This document shows, one piece after another, positions 56,048-64,000 of a stretch of DNA of 64,000 nucleotides (positions are counted from its first letter, which is position 1; each line of letters begins with the position of its first letter). Below the pieces are notes generated by a model. The model worked only from the letters and a program-made list of their open reading frames with translations, ran no database searches and was not told the origin of the DNA. The position numbers and the translations under genes were made by a program. Source of the DNA: Candidatus Latescibacterota bacterium (GTDB taxonomy: Bacteria; Latescibacterota; UBA2968; UBA8231); NCBI GenBank assembly GCA_965248265.1, contig CBDFJF010000002.1, positions 2,112,001-2,176,000 of the forward strand, given 5' to 3'.

Positions 56048-57991
56048 CTACATATATCCCAGGATCCGTCCCTTGTCCACGGTGAGCGAGTAAATTGCAC
56101 CCCACATGCCCCCTACTACCACCTGTCCAAGGATCAATCCCAGAAAGAACGGTTTCAGCCCCTGAAACAGCTTGCCTCCCCCCACCTGCAGGATAATCGC
56201 CTTCAGCAACCAGGCGAGAAAGGCGGAGAACCAGATCGTGCTCGTCAGCCATCCCACTGCGATCACCATCCCGATGGGGTGCAGAGGCCACCAGTGCCAG
56301 CGGTACTGCGCCCACATCAAGAACCACTCGATCGCTCCGCCGATTCCCTTGAACAGCCATCCCCTCATGTTGGCGTCGGGCAGCTTCTCGATCGTCGGAC
56401 CTATGTGGGGCCAGCCATGGATGCCAGCCACTGCGAGCTGGGCCAGATTGATGGCACCGTGGCTGTAGGCCATATGAAGCGACATAAACAGAGATGCTCC
56501 GAGGCTGGCGATCAGAGCGATCATCAAGCCCCAGAACAGGCGGGTCTTGCTACCCCGTATGCTCTCGGCCAACTTGAGCCCGTTGGTGACGGCAACCATG
56601 GGCGAGGTGCGCGACTCTCCCTGCCAGATGAAGGTAAAGGTGAGGGCTACCAGCCCCTTGGCTCCCAGCATCGACGTCCCGAACCCCGATATGATGAAAT
56701 AGGCCGGCACGATCGGGCTGCGGGCCGTCGGCACACCTGCCGTTGCCACGACCCGGGCGACGAGCGCGAAGAAAATGAGGCTGACGATGACGAGCACCGG
56801 GACGAACACGAGAGGCACGCCCGAGCGCCACAGCCATATGCAGACGATGACGAAGCTGACGAGAAACCCGAAAACGGCAGTTCGGTAGCGCAACAGCTCC
56901 TCACTGTCATCCACGCCGCGCGACGGATTCCACGCCGTGTTCAGTACATCGCGAATGTGGCCGCGGGCACTCCACAATCCGAAGAGGATGAAGACGATGA
57001 CGGCGCCTGTCTGCTGATGGGTCAAATCTGCCGCGATCGGGTATGACTCGTACTTGCTCAGTCTTTCGGTGCTGGCGATACCCAGTACGTTGAAAATCCC
57101 TTCCTGCACCCTGCACAGGACGTAGAAGAACCAGACACTGAAGGTGAGCTCGAGACTTGCTAGATAGAAGAAGCCGATGTAGGCGAAGTTGACAATCAAA
57201 CCCAGCCTCACTGTGTCGCGAAACAGGTTGAAGGCGCCCCCTATGTGCGGGTCCGGGAGGAACGGCCAGACGAAGCTGAGCCCTTTCATGCTGAAGAACA
57301 CGAACGGCACGGCGAACCCCACCCACATGATCTTCCGCTTGAACAGCGGAGCAATTTGCGATGTCGTGCTGCTGTCGTCCTCGAGCATGCCCTGTGGCAG
57401 CTGCATCATCGGATAGGCCAGCCGCTCGTGCACCGACCACTGCCGGTGCAGGATGGCGCTCACGCAGATGAGCATGAAACCCATGACGACGATGAGGCCG
57501 AGCCAGTATGCCATCGGCTCCACCCAGGTCTCCCACGGAATCGAGGCTCCTTGCGGCAACCCTTCGTAGTATCCCTTGATCGCCTCGAGATCCTGCGGCA
57601 CCATCCACGTCGGTATGTGATCGTGAAAGAGCTCCTCGAACCTGTTCTCCGGAGAGGCATAGTAGTACGGGTAGAGGATCGTTCCGATAAGGAAGAACAT
57701 GAGACCCCAGGTGGGCACCGTGACCGCCATGAGGAGCATGCAGTAGATGAGTACGAGGTCGGCCTTCGACAACTGGAAGCGGCGGCCGAGATAGCCGACG
57801 ATGATGTTGACGAAGAGGATGCAGGCGAAAAAGAAGATGGCCCCCGGAGAAGAGGGATTGTAGCCGATCAGGAAGTACTCGTATACGACCCCGAAGGGGG
57901 CGACGATACCGACGGCCAGGCACAGAGCCGCGCCTAGAGCGAGCCCCTTGAGGCTGAAGGAAGAGTTTGTCACGCTATCGGTCGAGGACAT
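56048..57991 (-). CDS. Intact DUF6785/DUF6784-like (OPT-like) polytopic membrane protein
   Basis: YYASPEN, RQWSVHERLAYP, WWPLHPIG, KPFFLGLILG; 647 aa uninterrupted. Confidence 0.85.
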   Translation of the reverse strand: MSSTDSVTNSSFSLKGLALGAALCLAVGIVAPFGVVYEYFLIGYNPSSPGAIFFFACILFVNIIVGYLGRRFQLSKADLVLIYCMLLMAVTVPTWGLMFFLIGTILYPYYYASPENRFEELFHDHIPTWMVPQDLEAIKGYYEGLPQGASIPWETWVEPMAYWLGLIVVMGFMLICVSAILHRQWSVHERLAYPMMQLPQGMLEDDSSTTSQIAPLFKRKIMWVGFAVPFVFFSMKGLSFVWPFLPDPHIGGAFNLFRDTVRLGLIVNFAYIGFFYLASLELTFSVWFFYVLCRVQEGIFNVLGIASTERLSKYESYPIAADLTHQQTGAVIVFILFGLWSARGHIRDVLNTAWNPSRGVDDSEELLRYRTAVFGFLVSFVIVCIWLWRSGVPLVFVPVLVIVSLIFFALVARVVATAGVPTARSPIVPAYFIISGFGTSMLGAKGLVALTFTFIWQGESRTSPMVAVTNGLKLAESIRGSKTRLFWGLMIALIASLGASLFMSLHMAYSHGAINLAQLAVAGIHGWPHIGPTIEKLPDANMRGWLFKGIGGAIEWFLMWAQYRWHWWPLHPIGMVIAVGWLTSTIWFSAFLAWLLKAIILQVGGGKLFQGLKPFFLGLILGQVVVGGMWGAIYSLTVDKGRILGYM

Positions 57992-58129
57992 TGCTCGTAA
58001 TCATCAACGGCGCGCCGTTTGCCGTCAATCTTGCTCTGTCAGTCGTTGTCCATCGTCAGGCTCGAGGATGTGGGTCGAGACGGCGGTACCGGCTTGTGGG
58101 AGCACGAACTTCCACTGTATCTTCTCGGC

Positions 58130-60916
58130 GTGAACCCCGCCAGGACATTCTCCGTCGTCGCCGGAATGTGGTTGGTTAGCGCTGCCACCTGGGCCGGCAC
58201 GCAGGATTACGGCGCCCGCTTCGGCACCCAGCGGGGCGGCGAAGTCAGCTGGGAGCCGGGCGGCCCCGGCGTCCTCTTCGACGCTCTTACCCCGTCTTTA
58301 CACCATTGGTACATACCCCAGGAGTTATACGCCGAGTACCGGTGGCGGCAGTGGGAGTACACCAACTACGCCCGCTACCCGGCCGAGCGCTACGTGAATA
58401 CGCTCTTGGAGGGGGACTATTTCTACGATTTCTACGGCGATTTGGTGAGCCGCGGCTGGCTGATCTACGACTGGCGGCAGGACCAGCCCAAGCAGGATGG
58501 CAGCAGCCTATTCAAGACCAGCGAGTTCGAGCGGTGGTTCACCTCCGTCACGATTGGCAGCGACGAAAAAGGCCAGAACGCCTACGCCATCACCGTGGGC
58601 AACCGCATCCGCACCACCCTGACGCCGATGACGTTTTCCAAACCTACCTTTAACGGCGTGCAGGCGGACCTCCTCTCCGACAAATACGCCCTCACCGTGC
58701 TCGCATCGCGAATCAGCAATCCGCTGGCCGGAACGCTGATGGCGCCGCAGCGCCAGACGAACTCGACGAGTATGTTCGCCGGGCGCGCCACGGCGCAGGT
58801 AGGTGACTTCATCACCATCGGCGGCACCCTGGTGAATGCCCGCAACTCGAATGCTGCCCTCGATATGTTCGACGGCAACTTCGTGGCGGGAAATCTGACC
58901 GCCGGGCAGAGCGGCACGCAGGTGTCCGCCATCGCCGTCCTTCTCAGCGACGACTCGCCGGAGGATGGGAGAGGCGGTGCGGCGCTGTTCGCTCACGACA
59001 TCCGCATCACCAGCCGCGATTTCGACACCGGCGATGAGACGCTGTGGACGCTCGAGCAGGTGGTCCGCCCGGACGCGGAGTGGCCGGCGGTGTTCGGTGG
59101 CTTCGAGCGCGATGGATTCCTGGCCGCTGACGGCGACGAACGCGTCATCCTGAATTACGACTTCACCGACCCCGACTACATCGGCCCCGACGTGACCAGT
59201 ATCGTCGATGTGGAGTTCGACTACGTTCTGGCCAACGACTTCAAGATCGAGATGTGGTCGAACAAGCAGACCGGCCGTGGAGCGGTGCCGCTGCCACCGC
59301 TGACCGCCGACGTCATCGACGAGCGGGATCCGGCCTTGCTGCTCGTCAAGCGCGCCGCCGGCAACGTGGAGGACATCTCGAATATCCAGCTGGTGAGGTT
59401 CGATTACGGGCTGCCCACGGCGAGCGTCGTCGCCGGGTTCACGCTCGAGGGCAAGAATATCTGGGGAATCGATTTCTACAGCGAGTGGGATCGCAATTTC
59501 CGCTACTCCCAGTATCCCAATGCGGCCCTGTTCCACGCCAATGAGGGCCACGAGATATCGCGGCAAACCGCCGACGCCCGCTACCTCACCATCTCCAAGC
59601 AACAGGATCCGTTCTTCGCCTACGGTGAGGCCTACGACATCGACTTCGACTACGCCACCAGCGTCTTCATCGTGGACACGAGCGGAGACACCGAGTACGA
59701 CTCGCCTGGCGGGTTTGTCTACGAATTCGTGGAGGACAACGACGATCAGGACGCGCTGCCCGATTGGGTCCGCGCCGGCTCGCAGGCGGGCGATACGGAC
59801 ATCTTTCCCGGATGGGACGAGAACAACGACTTCATCTCGGATTTCAACCAGAACGACAACAGGGCGGTGCCCAACGCCTTGCCGGACTACGAGGAGCCCT
59901 TTCTGCGTTACGACGTGGACCGGCCGGAGTTTCTTTTCGGCATCGATCTGAACAACAACGGCTGGATCGACCGCTTCGAAGACGACGAGCTGCCGGACTA
60001 TCCGTACAAGGGTGACCGCAAGGGCTACAACGCCTTCGTGGGTACCCATCTGATGCCGGAGATGCGGGTGATGGTGGGTCGCACGGATGAGCGCATGCTC
60101 TCAGATGATGGCGCCAATGTTACCAACTACGGACTGCTCACGTTTGACAAGAGTTATCCCGGGCTGGGTCGGCTGCGCGCCTTCGACATGCTGAAGCGGG
60201 CGTCGGACACGATCCCGGACGACCGGCTGCAGGCGTCGGCCGTCCTCGGCGAGATCAACCGGCCGGTGGTGGCCGACATTCTGCCGGCACAGGACACGTG
60301 GATCAACACGGCCTGGTTGCAGTTCGACTACACTGCCATCCCCCAGATGAAGGTGGTGAACAAGCTGAAGTACGAGCTCTTCAACCATACCGACGGCGAT
60401 CCGCGCGATCTCACGAACCGGCCCATGGCCGCTTCGCCGAGCACGTTCGGGCTGATCAACAAGGTGGAGTACGACTTCGACCTCGGCCCCCTGGTGCTGC
60501 GGTCAAGGCTGAAGAGCGAGTATCTGCGGCGGGACTCGTTGGTGCTGGAAGAGGACGACCAGAACCACTGGCTGGGAATCGCCATGCTCACCGCCTCGTT
60601 CCCCTATCTGTCTCACAGCACCATCGCCACAGGTCTGGAACTGGCTCAGTTCGCCGATCGGACAGCGGACGAAGACGAGATGGTGGAACTCGGTCAGGTG
60701 GGAGCGACGGGGGATGAGCGCTCCCTGAACCTCGCGCTGCAGATGACGAACCAGTCGAGCTATGAGGGGTACCTGCTGACAACCCAGGTCGGCCTGCGCG
60801 TAGCGCGCATCTTCGCAGAGCGGGTGCGGGGGACGGATACGGGCGGGTTCGAGAAGGTGAGCAAGGGCCGCACGGAAACCACCAGCTTCATCGCCGTATA
60901 CGCCGGAATACAGTGA
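58130..60916 (+). CDS. Family A protein, cassette copy 3
   Basis: GTG 58130 gives a signal peptide; QDYGARFG; RTTLTPMTFSKP; acidic block; ends FIAVYAGIQ. Confidence 0.85.
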   Translation: MNPARTFSVVAGMWLVSAATWAGTQDYGARFGTQRGGEVSWEPGGPGVLFDALTPSLHHWYIPQELYAEYRWRQWEYTNYARYPAERYVNTLLEGDYFYDFYGDLVSRGWLIYDWRQDQPKQDGSSLFKTSEFERWFTSVTIGSDEKGQNAYAITVGNRIRTTLTPMTFSKPTFNGVQADLLSDKYALTVLASRISNPLAGTLMAPQRQTNSTSMFAGRATAQVGDFITIGGTLVNARNSNAALDMFDGNFVAGNLTAGQSGTQVSAIAVLLSDDSPEDGRGGAALFAHDIRITSRDFDTGDETLWTLEQVVRPDAEWPAVFGGFERDGFLAADGDERVILNYDFTDPDYIGPDVTSIVDVEFDYVLANDFKIEMWSNKQTGRGAVPLPPLTADVIDERDPALLLVKRAAGNVEDISNIQLVRFDYGLPTASVVAGFTLEGKNIWGIDFYSEWDRNFRYSQYPNAALFHANEGHEISRQTADARYLTISKQQDPFFAYGEAYDIDFDYATSVFIVDTSGDTEYDSPGGFVYEFVEDNDDQDALPDWVRAGSQAGDTDIFPGWDENNDFISDFNQNDNRAVPNALPDYEEPFLRYDVDRPEFLFGIDLNNNGWIDRFEDDELPDYPYKGDRKGYNAFVGTHLMPEMRVMVGRTDERMLSDDGANVTNYGLLTFDKSYPGLGRLRAFDMLKRASDTIPDDRLQASAVLGEINRPVVADILPAQDTWINTAWLQFDYTAIPQMKVVNKLKYELFNHTDGDPRDLTNRPMAASPSTFGLINKVEYDFDLGPLVLRSRLKSEYLRRDSLVLEEDDQNHWLGIAMLTASFPYLSHSTIATGLELAQFADRTADEDEMVELGQVGATGDERSLNLALQMTNQSSYEGYLLTTQVGLRVARIFAERVRGTDTGGFEKVSKGRTETTSFIAVYAGIQ

Positions 60917-63228
60917 TGGAAGCGATACGGACGAAGCTCTTCACCATCTCCCACGCGCCGCGCCTCGGCGCCGGAGCCGCTGGAGTACTCATAGTTGTGA
61001 CGGGTTGGCTGGCGGCGGCGCAGGCCGAGACCCAGTCGGTGATCGTGGGCGGTGATGCGGGTGAGATCTGGCGTCAGGAAGGGGCGGCATCGTGCGACCG
61101 CTGCAGGAAGATCGATGCCATCGTAATCCGGGGAGCCCACTCTGTGGAGCGGACGAATGCTCCCGGTGGGGTCATCGATTTCGACCTGGAGAACCGGGCA
61201 AACTGGATCTTTCCGCAGCGGGCGGACACGACTCAGAACATCATGCTCGCACTGGAGCGGCGTGGCGGAGGCATGACCACGCCGACCTTCGGCTTTCGCG
61301 ATCTCGAGGAGAGCTTTTCCCTCATGATCGACAACAAGGGGACTACTGCCCTCGAGGTGCGGGCGGACGAGCCCGGGCAGAGCGCCAACGCCTTCGGCAT
61401 GATCATCCAGTTCGACCTGGGAGCCATCTTCGGCATCAATCGAATCAAGTTCTTTCCCCGCAACGCCGACCCCGGTTATCCCGCACCACTTCATCCGTAT
61501 CAGAGGGATTTCCTCAAGGGTTTCGAGATCTTCGTAAACGACGGGGCGCCGGAGAACGAGCGCGACAACATCCTCATCTTCGAGAATCTCGAGGAGGGAT
61601 TCGTACCCCAGAACGAGGACGCGGTCGTGGACCTGCAGTTCGAGCCGCGGTTCGTCCGACACCTGAGACTCAAATCGCTCACCACCACTGAATTCGAGGT
61701 CGCCGAATTCCAGATTTTTGCCCGTGGCTTCGTGCCCGAAGCCACCTACGTGTCCAATGTCTTCGATTTCGATGAGCCTGCCCTGCTGGGGAACATCCGC
61801 TGGGTTCTCGAGCACGTGGGGGATCCTTTCCTCTCGTCGGCGCGAATCCGCACCCGCACAGGTGTCGATCCGCAACCGATCGTGTATCCCCGCGTGGGAC
61901 TGCAGCCATCGGGCCGCATCGCGCTCCAGTTCACACGGGGTGGGACGAGGTCGGAGGAGGTCCCGATCGAAGCCCTGTGGAAGAGGGCGGACGACGTCGA
62001 AGACACCGAACTGAAAACCATCGTTGAGACCGTCCTCGACAATCCCGACGTCGACGGCAGAGAGGCTCTCCTCTTTTTCAGCGAGCTGCCGCAGGTTCAG
62101 AGGCTGGGGCTGGAGATCGATCGGGATTACTACTCGGGCATCGCCGGCAGCGAGAAGAGGAATCTGAAGGACGACCTGACCGGCTGGAGCGACTGGTCCG
62201 CTCCCTATTCGCTGCCCGGAATCATGAGTGAGGATTCACTGGGGGTTCTGGGAACTGGGGTACCGATCACCTCGCCGAGCCCGCGGCGCTACTTCCAATT
62301 CATGGTGGAGTTTGCCAACGGCTCCTTCGACGCCGCCACCGGACTCGGGGGACTGGCTTTCGATCTGTCCAGACCGGCGTTTACGGATTCCCTCATCGCC
62401 GAGATCGTGCCGCGCACGGCACGCGTGGGCGAGACCACATCCTTTACCTACGCCGTCCTGAACCGACCTGGCCCTCGCGGCATCGGTTTCGATCAGCTCG
62501 AAATCGACACCCCTCTGCGCACATCCCAGGTGCGCCAGGTCGTCATCGCCGGGTCGGACGGATCTGAGCAGCGGGCCGATTTCTCCGGCCGCCTGCTCAG
62601 CGATGACGCCCTGCCCCTCAGTGACGGCGATATCTCCATTACCGAGGTGCGGGACGACGGCCTGGTCATCTCCTTTCCGCTGGTGCAGGACGATGCCAGC
62701 CTGATCACGGTCGATTTCGACAATGCCGTCCTGCGCTTCGGCACCCAGTTCACGGCGCGGGCGCGCAATGCCGACAATCCGGCCGTGGGGCAATCCGTCA
62801 TCGCCGGCAATGCGGCGGATCTCACCACGAACGATCTGGTCGATCCGGATGTGCAGCCGATCGGCAGTCTCAACTCGAGGAATCTGTCGGTGGTCGTGCC
62901 GATTACCCGGGACCTGCTCGTGAATGTCGAAGCCGACCCACCCGTCTTCACGCCGAACAACGACGGCATCAACGATGCGTCTCTCATCCGCTACGACATC
63001 ACGAACATCGGCGCCCCGACGCCGGTGGAGATAGAGATCTACGACCTCTCGGGACGGTTGATCAAACGCGGCGAAGAGTCACGGATCAGCGGACGCCATG
63101 CCTGGTCGTGGGATGGCACCGATTCCGGCGGTGAGCTGGCACCGCCCGGCAACTACCTGTTCTCCGTTTCCCTGGACGCCGGTCCCAGGATTTCGACTTC
63201 CGTCGGCATCGTCGCCGTCGTGTACTGA
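60913..63228 (+). CDS. Cassette protein C-like, copy 3 (771 aa)
   Basis: FDLG..IKFFPRN; IRTRTG..WSDWS..SPSPRRYFQF; FTPNNDGIND..WDGTD..PPGNY..VAVVY; overlaps upstream stop. Confidence 0.85.
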   Translation: MMEAIRTKLFTISHAPRLGAGAAGVLIVVTGWLAAAQAETQSVIVGGDAGEIWRQEGAASCDRCRKIDAIVIRGAHSVERTNAPGGVIDFDLENRANWIFPQRADTTQNIMLALERRGGGMTTPTFGFRDLEESFSLMIDNKGTTALEVRADEPGQSANAFGMIIQFDLGAIFGINRIKFFPRNADPGYPAPLHPYQRDFLKGFEIFVNDGAPENERDNILIFENLEEGFVPQNEDAVVDLQFEPRFVRHLRLKSLTTTEFEVAEFQIFARGFVPEATYVSNVFDFDEPALLGNIRWVLEHVGDPFLSSARIRTRTGVDPQPIVYPRVGLQPSGRIALQFTRGGTRSEEVPIEALWKRADDVEDTELKTIVETVLDNPDVDGREALLFFSELPQVQRLGLEIDRDYYSGIAGSEKRNLKDDLTGWSDWSAPYSLPGIMSEDSLGVLGTGVPITSPSPRRYFQFMVEFANGSFDAATGLGGLAFDLSRPAFTDSLIAEIVPRTARVGETTSFTYAVLNRPGPRGIGFDQLEIDTPLRTSQVRQVVIAGSDGSEQRADFSGRLLSDDALPLSDGDISITEVRDDGLVISFPLVQDDASLITVDFDNAVLRFGTQFTARARNADNPAVGQSVIAGNAADLTTNDLVDPDVQPIGSLNSRNLSVVVPITRDLLVNVEADPPVFTPNNDGINDASLIRYDITNIGAPTPVEIEIYDLSGRLIKRGEESRISGRHAWSWDGTDSGGELAPPGNYLFSVSLDAGPRISTSVGIVAVVY

Positions 63229-63236
63229 CCCTGACC

Positions 63237-64000
63237 ATGAGAGCGCTCGCTTTGGCATCGATCGCCAGCTGCAGACGCAGACACTCGCCGAGAGCTTGGG
63301 GCGTGCTCGCTCCCGTGTGCGTGCTCGCGGCGATGCTGTACGTTGTCGATGGACTCGATGCTCAATCGTACGGCGCCCGCAGCGTACAGCGCGGCGGCAC
63401 GGTGAGCTTCGATCCGATCGGCCGCGGAGTGCTGTTCGGTGCCCTCGACCCCACAGTGCAGCGCTGGTACGTGCCGCAGGAGCTGTTCGTCGAGTACCAG
63501 TGGAACCAGAGACAGTACTCCAACTACGCCCGCGATCGCTACCAGCGCTATGTCGGCAGAGTTCGCGAAGGGGACCACTTCTACGATTTCTTCGGCGACT
63601 ACATCAGCCACGGCTGGCTCATCTACGACTGGAGACAGGCGCAGCCCGCTGAAGAGGGCAGTGCCCTGTTCAAGGGTGAGCAGTTCAATGGTTGGTTCAG
63701 CAACGTCACCGTCAGCAGCGACAGGAGAGGAGACGAGTCCTACGCCATCACGGTGGGTAATAAGATTCGCACGACCTTGACGCCGATGACGTTTTCGAAA
63801 CCCTCCTTCAACGGCATTCAGGCAGACCTCGTCTCCGACCGCTACGCCCTCACCGTGCTGGCATCGCGCATCAGCGATCCAATCACCGACCCAGTTCCAC
63901 GGGCGCGACGCAGGACGAACTCAACCAGCCTCGTCGGCACTCGCGCCGAAATCGACGTCAGCGATCGGATCACCCTGGGCGGCACTTTCGTCGACGCCCG
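63237..64000 (+). CDS. Family A protein, second in copy 3 (truncated by window edge)
   Basis: Hand translation from ATG 63237: ..AQSYGAR..RWYVPQEL..NYARDRYQRYV..GWLIYDWRQ..RTTLTPMTFSKP. Not listed in the ORF track, presumably because it is open-ended. Confidence 0.85.
   Translation, partial: MRALALASIASCRRRHSPRAWGVLAPVCVLAAMLYVVDGLDAQSYGARSVQRGGTVSFDPIGRGVLFGALDPTVQRWYVPQELFVEYQWNQRQYSNYARDRYQRYVGRVREGDHFYDFFGDYISHGWLIYDWRQAQPAEEGSALFKGEQFNGWFSNVTVSSDRRGDESYAITVGNKIRTTLTPMTFSKPSFNGIQADLVSDRYALTVLASRISDPITDPVPRARRRTNSTSLVGTRAEIDVSDRITLGGTFVDA

Overview
High-GC bacterial window with no rRNA, tRNA, CRISPR, integrase or transposase that I can see. A C-terminal 'TAVE..SWG.IK' tail, DUF6785-like membrane proteins and CRTAC1/TPR pairs suggest an FCB-group organism such as Ca. 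Latescibacterota (inference). The main feature is a repeated, uncharacterised cell-envelope cassette. It occurs as two syntenic minus-strand copies (14572->1 and 35343->18628) with identical order: SurA/PrsA-like PPIase lipoprotein, ~900-aa 'family A' protein (A1), GT-C-like membrane protein+TPR, ~700-aa protein C, second family A (A2), ~1060-aa protein B, ~700-aa protein D. A divergent third copy starts at 58130 (A-C-A, running off the window), with a PPIase and a DUF6785-like gene transcribed divergently. Family A has an acidic Ca-binding-like block and C-terminal amphipathic beta-strands. B, C and D share discoidin-like modules and an 'FTPNxDGxND...WDG.D..G.LVPPG.Y' C-terminal domain ending in Tyr. 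Between copies 1 and 2 lie a motif-intact GT-C/TPR gene and a secreted CBM9-like protein with the SWGxIK tail, its own promoter and a strong terminator. The middle holds two TPR+CRTAC1 pairs, two frameshifted DUF6785 paralogs and a block of apparently cytoplasmic enzymes (MBL hydrolase, GHL10-like, two PhyH dioxygenases, M20 peptidase, serine hydrolase). Short tandem duplications and gene remnants suggest local slippage and erosion. All family names come from motif recognition by eye, not database searches.
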